From: a phage
Strand: one strand, 5' to 3'
Sequence record: OZ336094.1
DNA: 64,000 bases
Positions 28,034-38,063 of the stretch are shown piece after piece. Both the position numbers and the translations under genes were made by a program. The notes beneath the pieces were generated by a model. That model did not search any database. It was not told the DNA's origin and saw nothing but the letters and a program-made list of their open reading frames with translations. Position 1 is the first letter of the stretch. Each line of letters begins with the position of its first letter.

Positions 28034-29829
28034 AAGTGTTTCTCCCTTTCTAGTACCTCTTGCATTTTACCTTTATTATAAGGGCGAGAGTTAGGGGCAG
28101 AAAGGTATCCTGACACTCTTCTGATCACAGATATGGATTCTTCTTCATGATTACCGCAACTTGGACACTCGAAGCCTTTAGCCGTTGCTTTAAATTCACC
28201 ATGAAAACCACATTTGAAACACTGATCTACAGGTTGGTTCACACCAAAATAAGGAATTTTGTTGTAGGCATAATCTACAAGAGTTTCCAGTGCTTGCAAG
28301 TTATGTTTAAGGTTTGGTGTTTCTACATAACCTATGTTCCCACCATTACTGATTTGTGCAAAACCTTCCTCATAATCCCACTTTTGGAACGGGGTAGTGT
28401 GCATCCACACAGGTTGATGGAAAGAGTTTGTCAAGTAGTCACGATCAATAGAACCAGGATAGCGATCATTTAATGCTTTGGCAAATTTATAGCACAAGGA
28501 TTCTGCTGGTGTTCCATACAAACTAAAAGCTAAACCAGAACGTTCTTTAAATGTGCCACAGATATCCTTCATATATTGAAGGATGTTTTTACCCATTGCT
28601 TTTGGATTGGTGTTACCTGGGTATAAAATCTCCATAGCTTCTGCTAAACCTACATAACCGATACTAATAGAGGCATAACCACCTTCAAATAGTTTACCAA
28701 TCTCTTCATTAGCTTCTAGTCGAGCTAAAGCCCCTTCCATAAACAATGTAGGGTTTTGAGATGCTTTGGTATGTCTGATACGGTTAACACGTAGCATATG
28801 TGCCTTATACGCCATCTCCATATGTTGTTCCAACAATTCAGTAAATAAGATGCCCTTTTCACGGGACTCTGCTGCAATGATAGGTAAGTTTAAAGAAACT
28901 ACGCCTAAGTTGAAACGACCATCATATTTTTCACCTTGCTCTGTTGCATAGTATGACAAGAAGCTACGGCAACCCATGCTTGTGACGCGACCATCTGAAG
29001 ATCCTGTAACTTCTTTGTTTAAAGGTACAGAGATAAAATCAGGATAAATGCGTTCAGCACAACACTCCATCGCCAGTTGCTTCAGATCATAATTTGGATC
29101 GCCAGCTTTCATGTTAACACCATCTTCCAAGAAGAAGATAACTTTAGGAAACACAGGAGTTACCCTATCTTTTCCTAATCCTTGTTTGTGCACCATTAGG
29201 TAGTTTTTAGTGATCATTCTACCAAAAGCAGAGGTATCCAAACCTAAACTAATTGTTATAAAAGGTGACTGACCATTTACACTCATTAGAGTGTTCACCT
29301 GGTAGATTAAAGTTTGCATTGCATCATAGACCTGTTTATCTACCATACGCATAGCAATATCATAATCGCCAACATCGGCATATATTTTATTAAAACTTGC
29401 TTTAACGTATTGACTAAGCCCAGTATCAACATGTGCACAAGTTTGTCCACCATATTGGCTAGAAGCTACTGCTTGAATAATTTGAGTTAGGACAGTAGTC
29501 GCTACACCGATAGATTTTGGTTTTTCAATATGTGCATTACCAATACGGAAACCGTTCTCAAGCATATCTTGGTAATTTACCAGGCAACAATTAGTTAAAG
29601 GTGAGAGTAAATAATCTAAATCGTGGATGTGACCATACCCACTTTTATGCCATTCTGCTAAATCTTCCGGTAAAATATGGGTCATTGCCATGTGCTTGCT
29701 TAGGATACCTGCTAGTAAATCTCGGTGAGTATTAACAATCATTGCAGGTTTGTTTGCATTTTCACGAGTAAATTCTTCGGATGTTTGTTCGAGGAATCCG
29801 ATTACATCCTCATATAGTTTTTGGGTCAT
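28030..29829 (-). CDS. nrdD: Anaerobic ribonucleoside-triphosphate reductase
   Basis: 599 aa; C-terminal glycyl-radical motif RRVSGY and Zn-ribbon CFKCG...CPSCG. Confidence 0.85.
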   Translation of the reverse strand: MTQKLYEDVIGFLEQTSEEFTRENANKPAMIVNTHRDLLAGILSKHMAMTHILPEDLAEWHKSGYGHIHDLDYLLSPLTNCCLVNYQDMLENGFRIGNAHIEKPKSIGVATTVLTQIIQAVASSQYGGQTCAHVDTGLSQYVKASFNKIYADVGDYDIAMRMVDKQVYDAMQTLIYQVNTLMSVNGQSPFITISLGLDTSAFGRMITKNYLMVHKQGLGKDRVTPVFPKVIFFLEDGVNMKAGDPNYDLKQLAMECCAERIYPDFISVPLNKEVTGSSDGRVTSMGCRSFLSYYATEQGEKYDGRFNLGVVSLNLPIIAAESREKGILFTELLEQHMEMAYKAHMLRVNRIRHTKASQNPTLFMEGALARLEANEEIGKLFEGGYASISIGYVGLAEAMEILYPGNTNPKAMGKNILQYMKDICGTFKERSGLAFSLYGTPAESLCYKFAKALNDRYPGSIDRDYLTNSFHQPVWMHTTPFQKWDYEEGFAQISNGGNIGYVETPNLKHNLQALETLVDYAYNKIPYFGVNQPVDQCFKCGFHGEFKATAKGFECPSCGNHEEESISVIRRVSGYLSAPNSRPYNKGKMQEVLEREKHF

Positions 29830-29837
29830 TAATCCTC

Positions 29838-29872
29838 CGTGGAAAATAAAAGCCAGCTTAATGCTGGCTTTA
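29838..29872 (-). terminator. Intrinsic terminator (AGCCAGC-TTAAT-GCTGGCT + T-run) upstream of nrdD
   Basis: 7-bp stem followed on minus strand by tttatttt. Confidence 0.6.
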
Positions 29873-29918
29873 GGGTGGATCTTTATTTTAAATCTTTTTC
29901 GTAAGATTGTCCTTGATC

Positions 29919-30869
29919 TTAGTCAAGGTTTTTGGTAATACGTGTACAACCGTCAGAAGTCAAACCGTCAACTTGAGTTTCCCAAGTGCCATGAATATTT
30001 CGGAACAATGTTGTTACACCTTTTGGTTCATTAATAATGATTGCCATAACAAGTTTAGGATCGATAACAGACATAATCTTTTCCTCAATACCCTCTGTAA
30101 TAACATTATTACGCACAATATTAATTACATCTTCTTGTACAGTAAGAGTGCTTACGTTCTTAAGAGTATATACCTGCTGCGTAGTGTAAATGATACGAAC
30201 ATAACTTACAGAACGAGTAGGCACAGGTTTACGTGGACGACGAAAACGTGGTTTTGGTGAAGATTCAGTCTTACTTTCATTTTTTGAATAATACTCCTCA
30301 AACAGTTTAGTAAATGTTTTTACATCAACTACAAACCGATCTTTCCTATATGGAGAATTCTTATGTGCACCATTAATACCACTGTTTTCATCGAAGAAAG
30401 TAATGTTTTCTTCAGTTGAATATGTTAGATAATGGTCTGCATCTTTCCAATGTGGTTGTGGACAATGCGGATTACAAACGGAAAGCAGATAACTAATATC
30501 TTCTTCCGTTGCACTAGTATCCAGGAAACACGTATTATGCACAGTCAGTTGTACTTTTGCAACCATATCCATTTCTTTATCCTCGTTGGCAAGATATTCA
30601 GTACGAATAATCTCCAGAAAACCTTCAGGTGTTACTTCCATAAATGTGTATTCAGGGTGAAGTTCCATATATTCAAATCCACAACCATCTAATTGCTGTA
30701 GGAAGTTAGGATAGAAGAACAAGTCATTAACACTATGAATCAGATCATTGATTTCTGCTTCAGATGTGTAACCAAAACTTTTGTGAATTGCTTCATTAAG
30801 AATATGCAGGATACCCATCTCTTCTGCTGCTTTTTTAACTTCCAGTTTATTAGCGTAAAATGCAATCAT
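29919..30869 (-). CDS. Hypothetical protein, 316 aa
   Basis: Track ORF; no motif recognised. Confidence 0.45.
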   Translation of the reverse strand: MIAFYANKLEVKKAAEEMGILHILNEAIHKSFGYTSEAEINDLIHSVNDLFFYPNFLQQLDGCGFEYMELHPEYTFMEVTPEGFLEIIRTEYLANEDKEMDMVAKVQLTVHNTCFLDTSATEEDISYLLSVCNPHCPQPHWKDADHYLTYSTEENITFFDENSGINGAHKNSPYRKDRFVVDVKTFTKLFEEYYSKNESKTESSPKPRFRRPRKPVPTRSVSYVRIIYTTQQVYTLKNVSTLTVQEDVINIVRNNVITEGIEEKIMSVIDPKLVMAIIINEPKGVTTLFRNIHGTWETQVDGLTSDGCTRITKNLD

Positions 30870-30886
30870 TATGTTCTCCTTCTAAA

Positions 30887-31321
30887 TTAGTTTAAAATTT
30901 CTTTGGCAATGGTAGAAGCAAGTTTTCCATCATATTGATTAGGATACTCTGCTTTAAGGTGTTTCATCATATCTGGCATTTTCTTGCCTGTCAAGGCAAA
31001 TTCTTCAGCAATCGCTCGAAGGTCATCTTCAGATAGCATTTCTGGTAAATATTTTTCCAGGGTGGTGATATCACGCATAGCTCGCTCACATTTGCTAATG
31101 GAGGCATTAACTTTCTTAAGCGAGTCTAGTTCCTCTTTAGCGTGTGCAATACCAATCTTAACAATGTTAATCATAATATCATCTTCTGATTTATTCAGAT
31201 TTGCCTTTTGAGTACGAGCAAGGTCAAACTCACCAATAATATTAGTTAACAAAGCAAAAGCACCCTTATCGGTTGTACGTGCTAAGATACGATCTGCTTT
31301 CATTTGTGTCACAATAGACAT
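30887..31321 (-). CDS. GatB/YqeY-domain protein
   Basis: 144 aa; pattern LSEDDLRAIAEEF...GKKMPDMMKHLKAEY resembles the YqeY/GatB C-terminal domain. Confidence 0.45.
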   Translation of the reverse strand: MSIVTQMKADRILARTTDKGAFALLTNIIGEFDLARTQKANLNKSEDDIMINIVKIGIAHAKEELDSLKKVNASISKCERAMRDITTLEKYLPEMLSEDDLRAIAEEFALTGKKMPDMMKHLKAEYPNQYDGKLASTIAKEILN

Positions 31322-31333
31322 TCTATTCTCCTC

Positions 31334-31906
31334 TTATTTGCTAATGCTTTGAATCTTATTTACAACACGGTTTATTGCCAGTGAAGCCCTAGGCTCCGCA
31401 ATACCTGTTGCATAGATATAAGGATGACCTTTTGGAGACTCCCTCATACCGAATGAACCTAATTCTAAACCATATTCATCCTCTACGTCAACCCCAATAT
31501 TAGTGGGTACTAAATATGTTTTAACTCCATAATAAGTAGAGAAGAAACAGCGCATAGAGTTAGCATACTCTTCAATTGTAGCATCAGGGTAGAACTCAAT
31601 CAACTCCAATTTCAAGAAAATATTAAAATGGGTATCATCTAAATTTTCTTCTGTGCGGTAACATGGTGTTAGTGCCATATACGGATTACCTGCTGCAAAT
31701 TCAAAACCATCCTTCTCCATTTGCAGGAAAGATTGTTCTGCACTAGCTACATAGTATTTACCGTTAGGATGCCCTAATGGGCGATCCTCTTTATTTTCTG
31801 GTAGTGTATACGCCAGTATATCAGCATCCACGAGATATGGAACTTCTAACATTTGTGCAAATCGACCATAGTAATCAATAGCTTGAGCTATTACTGCAAC
31901 ATTCAT
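31334..31906 (-). CDS. Class II aminoacyl-tRNA-synthetase-like catalytic-core protein (AsnA/EpmA-like paralog)
   Basis: Motif-2-like LTPCYRTEENLDDTHFNIFLKLELIEFY and motif-3-like GIAEPRASLAI; only 190 aa, so a truncated core. Confidence 0.35.
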   Translation of the reverse strand: MNVAVIAQAIDYYGRFAQMLEVPYLVDADILAYTLPENKEDRPLGHPNGKYYVASAEQSFLQMEKDGFEFAAGNPYMALTPCYRTEENLDDTHFNIFLKLELIEFYPDATIEEYANSMRCFFSTYYGVKTYLVPTNIGVDVEDEYGLELGSFGMRESPKGHPYIYATGIAEPRASLAINRVVNKIQSISK

Positions 31907-32154
31907 GATCGACCTCCATTGCGGAATGCACGTTTAGTAATGTTTGACATAGTGATCAAATCTTGAAGCGTCATACCAGGAAAATGCTGTTCAAGAACAC
32001 CTTCAACAGCGCCTACAATATCTGATAACTCAATAAGTTGCATCAGCTTGCAATCTTGATCAATAGCATCTTGAAGTTCATAAAGCTCTTCTTGAATCTT
32101 AGCAACAGAACCATATTCCTCTTTGCTAATCTCCTTCAAATGATACCCTGCCAC
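31903..32154 (-). CDS. MazG/HisE-like nucleoside triphosphate pyrophosphohydrolase domain protein
   Basis: 83 aa; EExxE...D pattern (IQEELYELQDAI...ELSDIVGAVEGV). Confidence 0.4.
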   Translation of the reverse strand: MAGYHLKEISKEEYGSVAKIQEELYELQDAIDQDCKLMQLIELSDIVGAVEGVLEQHFPGMTLQDLITMSNITKRAFRNGGRS

Positions 32155-32164
32155 TTTAACCCCC

Positions 32165-33901
32165 TTAGTTTACCAGTTTATTTATGTCTGGTAAAAGATT
32201 TATTTCACCTAAGAAATCACCTTCACCTTCCTCTAGCCAACTCTCATATGCTTGTGCATGATTATAGTTACCATCAAAAGAATCTGCAACAAATTTTTCT
32301 ACAGTTTTTCGAGATGTGCCAGCGCCAAATACACCAAGTTTAATACCATTGATCGGTAAAGTGGTGCTTGTTGGTACTTTCTCTGTTGCAACACGATTGA
32401 TATCTATAATCTCCTGTACGGTTGTGTTCCATTGTAAGCATTTAACACAACGGGTATGCGCTACATACAGTAGGTTTCGCTCTGCCTCTTCTAGTCCTAC
32501 CCATTCACCAGTCTTTTTATCATAGTTGGAAGGAAAATCATTAGCAACAATAACCTGATCCCACTCCAAACCTTTAGACTTGTGTGCTGTAGTCAATGTG
32601 ACTTTTGCTGTAGGAGAATTTCTATGCGTTCTAAGTGTATGTGCTATAGTGTTTGCCTTACCAGAAACTACGATGTTTAACAAGCGTTTAGCATCTGGAT
32701 CAGCCTCTGCACACTCAACAAATTCATCCCAGTCTGCGTAAGGTAATACAGTTTCATGTTTTACTTTCTCAATATCTCCTCTCCGAAGAGCATTAACACT
32801 ATCTACCATAGAGATAAAATCCCTGGTATCTACGTTAATAATAATTTCTTCCCCATCTGCAATACGATCCATTGCCTCCATAAGCAAGGTTAAATTCTTG
32901 CGAAAGATGATAGTGTAAGGTTTTGTATAGTCTACAACATCTGATTTGTAGCTACCTACTACAGTATCAAAGCCTTTACCAACCAAAGGGTGACGCAAAG
33001 GTTCTTTATCGCTTAAAATCATATTGGCAATGTTTGCCACTTTGGGGCCAAAACGGAAGCAAGCAGTTAATGGAAGCTCTGCCCCATATGTAGATGTTTC
33101 CTTCATCATATTTTGGCTTCCACGGAACTGGTAGATGCTCTGATATTCGTCACCCACCACTACTACTTGTTTTGCAGATTTAGCATTTCGCAGAATAGAC
33201 AAGAATGCAGGGTTAACATCCTGGAATTCATCACCAAAAATAATATCATAACCAAGATCAGCACCAGACAATTCAAACAATTTTACATAGGTGTCATGCG
33301 TCATCAAAGTATCTGTGTTAGGATCGATGCGCTCTCGCCACAATTGTTTTGCATACTTAACTACTTCTGTAATTAGTTTGTGTTCGTTAATACCTTTTCT
33401 TTTAATATCTGCAAGATGTACACTAGGAAAATGTTTACGGCTGATAAAAGGATCATCCGAAAATTCAAACTTACCTACGGTTTGCTTGATCATTAAACCG
33501 ATCATAGCACGAGTTAAAAGTGTTTTCCCTCGTTTATCAATAAGATTATTAATCTTAAATTTCTTTGCTATCTCGCTACCTGTACCTGCAACGTTAACAT
33601 ACTGTCCTTCTGGTCGTGACAGTTTTGCACGTAAACGATGATCCAGGAATTGATAGCAAATAGAATGCAATGTACGGCATTCTACATTTAGTGGCATCTT
33701 ACGTCGTGCTTCTTCTGCCATGCTTTTATTGAAAGCTAAGTAAAGAATGCGATCTTCTGTACTGTTAGCCAGCAAATAAAGTGTTGACGTTTTGCCTGAT
33801 CCAGATTTAGCTTGGATAGTTAAAAAGCGATGGTCTGGAAAAGCCTCCTTAATAGCTGTTTGCTCTTCTGTTGGAGTGAAGCTCAACTCTTTCTTAGCCA
33901 T
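32165..33901 (-). CDS. UvrD/Rep-family (SF1) DNA helicase (start refined)
   Basis: Walker A AKSGSGKT, motif II GDEFQD; about 579 aa from refined start. Confidence 0.7.
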   Translation of the reverse strand: MAKKELSFTPTEEQTAIKEAFPDHRFLTIQAKSGSGKTSTLYLLANSTEDRILYLAFNKSMAEEARRKMPLNVECRTLHSICYQFLDHRLRAKLSRPEGQYVNVAGTGSEIAKKFKINNLIDKRGKTLLTRAMIGLMIKQTVGKFEFSDDPFISRKHFPSVHLADIKRKGINEHKLITEVVKYAKQLWRERIDPNTDTLMTHDTYVKLFELSGADLGYDIIFGDEFQDVNPAFLSILRNAKSAKQVVVVGDEYQSIYQFRGSQNMMKETSTYGAELPLTACFRFGPKVANIANMILSDKEPLRHPLVGKGFDTVVGSYKSDVVDYTKPYTIIFRKNLTLLMEAMDRIADGEEIIINVDTRDFISMVDSVNALRRGDIEKVKHETVLPYADWDEFVECAEADPDAKRLLNIVVSGKANTIAHTLRTHRNSPTAKVTLTTAHKSKGLEWDQVIVANDFPSNYDKKTGEWVGLEEAERNLLYVAHTRCVKCLQWNTTVQEIIDINRVATEKVPTSTTLPINGIKLGVFGAGTSRKTVEKFVADSFDGNYNHAQAYESWLEEGEGDFLGEINLLPDINKLVN

Positions 33902-33902
33902 T

Positions 33903-34379
33903 TCAACCTCTCTTAATTTGTTTAACAAGCATAGGAACAAAATCTCGTTTTAAAATTTGTTCAATAATATGATCAGGTAGCTGTTGGAAATTATAATTAA
34001 AAGCTACTGTCTCACCTTTAGGTGTTTCTACCCGCACATATAACATGTTACGAAGTTTATCCACTTGTGCTGTATATTCTAAACCATGTAATTGATGCAT
34101 TGCAAACATCAAATCATCAGTTTCAGTTTGGAATCTATCATTTGCTTGCATTAAGGACAAGGTAAAAGGTAGATTTTCCCTAAGAGCCACCTTCTTAGGA
34201 ACTAGTGAAGGAAAATACTCACCAATAACTTCCTGTGTAAGCTGGATACACTCTTTTTCAAGTTGGTTTTGTTCCTTAAGTTCACAAACACTTTTTTGTA
34301 AAGTGTTAACCTCTTTTTGCAAAGCTGCTAGTTGAGCACTTAACTTTCTTTTTTGATTACGACCAAAACGTTTAGACAT
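33903..34379 (-). CDS. Hypothetical protein with N-terminal coiled coil, 158 aa
   Basis: Track ORF; heptad-like N-terminus. Confidence 0.45.
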   Translation of the reverse strand: MSKRFGRNQKRKLSAQLAALQKEVNTLQKSVCELKEQNQLEKECIQLTQEVIGEYFPSLVPKKVALRENLPFTLSLMQANDRFQTETDDLMFAMHQLHGLEYTAQVDKLRNMLYVRVETPKGETVAFNYNFQQLPDHIIEQILKRDFVPMLVKQIKRG

Positions 34380-34387
34380 ATTTCCCC

Positions 34388-34903
34388 CTAGTAAAACCCT
34401 TTAACAATCTGTATTAACTCGGCACAACGGTTGACCAACTTTTCCTCATACAATACACGTTGTGGCATATGTTGTATAATATACTCCATTTGCTCATGCC
34501 ATGTCCACTTCTCTTTTTTGTCTGGGATAACATCACTAGCACGAGAATTATCTTTTAATGTTTGTATAATCCAATTGCTTGGAAAGTGCTCTCCACCTTT
34601 CTTAAATGGTTTATAGTGGCCTAGAGTAAATTGAGAATCCCCTGTTAGAGCACCCAATTTATTTAGATGGATAATCAAACTACGAAACACGTAGTATTCA
34701 TAGATGTTATCCACCGTATAGCAAGCATAATATTTCAAGATGCCCTTATCTCGCGGATACTTACCAACATCCAGATTGCACCAGTTAACATTTTCTGGAT
34801 CATAGTGGTGTTCCTTAAGCCATATCTCTCTTTCATCAAAGTCTGGATATATTACCGCCCTGCTTACAGAGTCAACAAGTGGAGATTGAGCATCAAAAAA
34901 CAT
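34388..34903 (-). CDS. Hypothetical protein, 171 aa
   Basis: Track ORF. Confidence 0.45.
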   Translation of the reverse strand: MFFDAQSPLVDSVSRAVIYPDFDEREIWLKEHHYDPENVNWCNLDVGKYPRDKGILKYYACYTVDNIYEYYVFRSLIIHLNKLGALTGDSQFTLGHYKPFKKGGEHFPSNWIIQTLKDNSRASDVIPDKKEKWTWHEQMEYIIQHMPQRVLYEEKLVNRCAELIQIVKGFY

Positions 34904-34924
34904 TATATTTTCCTTATTGGTTTG

Positions 34925-35290
34925 TTAAACGTTTTCTAAATCTTTTAAGGCATTACCCAACGTTAGAACAATAACATCGTTTGCTGCCTCTTCCCCATTG
35001 ATATTGGTGAAATTTGGTGTGACAAAAGTAACCATATAAAACTCGTCCACCTGGAAGACAGCAATAACACCATCCATCTTAACATCTTGACGAAAGGAAA
35101 AACCAATCATCTTCTCTTGCAAAGGCATATCCCCTTCCTTCATTACCGCTAGGGAGTTTTCAGGAATGTTATATTTATCTGATCCGATGTAGATGTACGT
35201 AATGTTATCTTTATCGTGATGATACAGGGTTGCTTTTTCCATATCTAAACCTGACAGATCAAATACGTTAATTTCTTGTGTAGTCTTCAT
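34925..35290 (-). CDS. Hypothetical protein, 121 aa (start refined to ATG with RBS ggagga)
   Basis: Track ORF 34925..35365; internal Met preceded by ggaggatattt. Confidence 0.45.
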   Translation of the reverse strand: MKTTQEINVFDLSGLDMEKATLYHHDKDNITYIYIGSDKYNIPENSLAVMKEGDMPLQEKMIGFSFRQDVKMDGVIAVFQVDEFYMVTFVTPNFTNINGEEAANDVIVLTLGNALKDLENV

Positions 35291-35654
35291 AAATATCCTC
35301 CCAAATCCAATAATCATCTGTGTAAGTAGGATGCCTTTTATCCCACTCTGCTCTAGCCCAAGCAACCGCTGCTACCAACACATCACCATGACAAGGTTGA
35401 GGTGCGCAGAAGCAAACTAAGTCTTTCCCTTCTAATTCTAACAAATCCTCAAGAGTGATTTTACCACAACGAATTTGTTCCCACAACCACTCTTTATATC
35501 TTTGTATAGTTGATCCTCGTGGTTCATCATCCTTTAACTTAAAAGGATTTGCAAACTTTGAGGCTTTTAACCCCATATGAGGCATAGCTCTGCCAATGTA
35601 CACTGCACCTTCAGGTATTACTTTACCTAAGTGGTAAAAATTTAATACTTTCAT
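35268..35654 (-). CDS. DUF4326-like protein
   Basis: Segments YIGRAMPHMGLKASKFANPF and CFCAPQPCHGDVL match my recollection of the DUF4326 signature; start refined to Met 9 adjacent to upstream stop. Confidence 0.4.
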   Translation of the reverse strand: MKVLNFYHLGKVIPEGAVYIGRAMPHMGLKASKFANPFKLKDDEPRGSTIQRYKEWLWEQIRCGKITLEDLLELEGKDLVCFCAPQPCHGDVLVAAVAWARAEWDKRHPTYTDDYWIWEDIYEDYTRN

Positions 35655-35655
35655 A

Positions 35656-36006
35656 TTAACCCAAACACATCTGTGCAATCAAACCCTGTATAAATTTATT
35701 AGCTTCTTTACTGTCGTAGTCAGTCTCTTCTGGATATCCATCTTCATCGTACACAACTGTACCTTCAATATACCCTGCCTCAATTAAGGCGCGGATCATA
35801 TCAAATTGCCAGCATGAGTTACCAAATGGACGTTTACCATTAAAACACTCTTCTTCTCTCCATAACGTAGAGAGTAGTTGTCGGAAATATTCCCGTACAG
35901 TAACAGTACCAAGATCTGAATCCTCAAACATAACATCCAGGGCATCAGGATTGCTTTTCTCTACATAAGGAATATATTTAACACCATTAATAGTTACATC
36001 AAGCAT
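35656..36006 (-). CDS. Hypothetical protein, 116 aa
   Basis: Track ORF. Confidence 0.45.
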   Translation of the reverse strand: MLDVTINGVKYIPYVEKSNPDALDVMFEDSDLGTVTVREYFRQLLSTLWREEECFNGKRPFGNSCWQFDMIRALIEAGYIEGTVVYDEDGYPEETDYDSKEANKFIQGLIAQMCLG

Positions 36007-36369
36007 TTATTTCTCCTTATCATCATATTCTAGGAACATATCTGCACGATATGCTTTACGCTCTTCAAACTTAGCAGGATCTACAACAATAAGCAATACA
36101 AGGTTAACATCTAAATACTTCTTAACAAATAGAAATAAATCTTTTCCACAGTTAAAACCTACACCAGTATAGGCATCCCCATATTGATCTACTGATTTAA
36201 TCTTCTTACTAACCGTACACTCTATGCTATTCTTTTCTTCTTGGTATAAGGCTTTCCCACCCCAATATGTAAAGAATTTAGTACCGTCAGCACCAAGTTT
36301 AAAACCTTCTGTTGCATGTCCAGCAAATGAAAGTAAACATAACCAAGTAATCATCAGGTACTTTAGCAT
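36007..36369 (-). CDS. Hypothetical secreted/periplasmic protein (start refined)
   Basis: Signal peptide MLKYLMITWLCLLSFAGHA; RBS gggtgg. Confidence 0.45.
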   Translation of the reverse strand: MLKYLMITWLCLLSFAGHATEGFKLGADGTKFFTYWGGKALYQEEKNSIECTVSKKIKSVDQYGDAYTGVGFNCGKDLFLFVKKYLDVNLVLLIVVDPAKFEERKAYRADMFLEYDDKEK

Positions 36370-36370
36370 T

Positions 36371-36853
36371 TTAACCACCCAATTGCAAATGTTTAGAAAG
36401 AACAATATCCCATTGATCACCACAGCCGTTATCTATGCGGAACATAATGTACGTATCATCTTCTTCTACGACATACCGTACCTCATAGGAATTACAACAG
36501 CCTTCCCAATTTTTAACAGCCTCTGGTGTATCATGTGTAAGAATTTCATTACCATCGTATGACCAAAACAAAGGGGTAAGGTTTTCGAAGGTCAGTGAAG
36601 TAGGGTTTACTTCATCTTTAACTGCTTCCTCATATTCTTTATGCGTTTGTACTGCTTTAGTTAGTGTACTCATGTCTATCTCCTTTTCTCCTTCTTGACT
36701 ATGGAGGATAGCGAACTCTCTAAATTCCACCTCACGCCATGTTTTCAGGTAGTGCTTTATAATTTGATCAACATCTGCCTGTTCAACGTTACTTTTCAAG
36801 CAATAGTAATCATGGTCTTCACCCATTCTACCCCATATGCTATACATTGTCAT
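36371..36853 (-). CDS. Hypothetical protein, 160 aa
   Basis: Track ORF. Confidence 0.45.
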   Translation of the reverse strand: MTMYSIWGRMGEDHDYYCLKSNVEQADVDQIIKHYLKTWREVEFREFAILHSQEGEKEIDMSTLTKAVQTHKEYEEAVKDEVNPTSLTFENLTPLFWSYDGNEILTHDTPEAVKNWEGCCNSYEVRYVVEEDDTYIMFRIDNGCGDQWDIVLSKHLQLGG

Positions 36854-37121
36854 CTGATTGATCCTTTACATTGTTCTTGGCATACACAGGAATAACATCA
36901 TTGTGATCTTTATTACTTTCATCTGTTAAAGCCCAAAACAATTTACCTGCTGGATGTTTAAAGATGTAAGCAATAGGTTCCTCTTCCTGGGCTTCTTTGC
37001 TACGGATACCATCCCGCCAGGCAAGCCAAGTGTAGATCATCATCTCTTGACGTTCTTCTTCATTAGGCCACAGATGTGGTAGAAAGTTTTTATCAAACCA
37101 TTGCTTAAACTCTTCAGTCAT
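36840..37121 (-). CDS. Hypothetical protein, 93 aa
   Basis: Track ORF. Confidence 0.4.
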   Translation of the reverse strand: MTEEFKQWFDKNFLPHLWPNEEERQEMMIYTWLAWRDGIRSKEAQEEEPIAYIFKHPAGKLFWALTDESNKDHNDVIPVYAKNNVKDQSDDNV

Positions 37122-37131
37122 AATCTACTCC

Positions 37132-37296
37132 TTAGCGTACAAAGTTAACTTCTGCTTCTTTCAGTTTTGACACTTCTACATAACCACCATGATCATCTTT
37201 AATCCATTCTTTTCCTTTACGGATGATAACAGGATATGTAGAGTGAGTAAGTTTAGGTACAGATCTTTTTGTTTTAGTGATAGAAATGTTTTGCAT
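37132..37296 (-). CDS. Hypothetical small protein, 54 aa
   Basis: Hand-translated (MQNISITKTKRSVPKLTH...), RBS aaggag; below track cut-off. Confidence 0.35.
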   Translation of the reverse strand: MQNISITKTKRSVPKLTHSTYPVIIRKGKEWIKDDHGGYVEVSKLKEAEVNFVR

Positions 37297-37422
37297 AGTA
37301 ATCTCCTTAGTAAATTTTACATAGAGTCTAGATTATTTAGTAGATAGAGTCAATAACTAATTACTGTTAGATCTGTATTCTGTCTTCCATTCACAATGGT
37401 AAACTTCAACAGGTTCTAACTT

Positions 37423-37623
37423 TCAATGTTCAGGAACTAATTCAGGACAATATCTACAAAAGAGAAATAGATAGATAACTAAGACAGGTATTAAATAGTA
37501 AAATGGTATACGATCATAACCATACTTATGAGATAACATGTAGACATATAGATAGGGTATAACAATTAATCCTATAACTATAAGTAAGAAGAGAAGTATA
37601 AACCTTAGTGTAGTAACATCCAT
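37423..37623 (-). CDS. Hypothetical membrane protein, 66 aa
   Basis: Two hydrophobic segments. Confidence 0.4.
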   Translation of the reverse strand: MDVTTLRFILLFLLIVIGLIVIPYLYVYMLSHKYGYDRIPFYYLIPVLVIYLFLFCRYCPELVPEH

Positions 37624-37787
37624 AGTATTCTCCTATACAGTAATATACTCTGTTCCTGCCCCTCCATGAGTGACAGGAACAATATCTATAGAGAATACTA
37701 ACTCGCTTCGCTCGTCACCTTTCAGGTTTAGGGTAGCATGTTTTTCTGAAAAAGTCAATACTCTCCACAAAACTTTACAAAATACTT

Positions 37788-38060
37788 TTACATAGGTACA
37801 ACAGAATCTGTTTTGAAGTCGTACATATGATTTACACCTGTGATTTTTGACATAGAGATTGCACGTTTAGCACCTGCAATTACCTGGTCTGTCTTCTTAA
37901 TCTCTTCACGGAACTTACGTACAGTTAAAGAGAAGAAACGATGATCCATCCATTGACGATTCACACGATCACGCTTGAAGTGACGGAAATCTTCAATCTG
38001 CTTATTGCGCAATCGGCGCAGTACATGCAATAGTTGATAGTAAGGGTGTTTATTTTTCAT
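37788..38060 (-). CDS. Hypothetical basic protein, 90 aa
   Basis: Track ORF; Arg/Lys-rich. Confidence 0.4.
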   Translation of the reverse strand: MKNKHPYYQLLHVLRRLRNKQIEDFRHFKRDRVNRQWMDHRFFSLTVRKFREEIKKTDQVIAGAKRAISMSKITGVNHMYDFKTDSVVPM

Positions 38061-38063
38061 AAA

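Noticed and set aside
28030-29829. Intron or intein in nrdD (as seen in some T-even nrdD genes)
   Set aside because: The ORF is continuous at the normal NrdD length (599 aa) with an intact glycyl-radical motif; no interruption seen.
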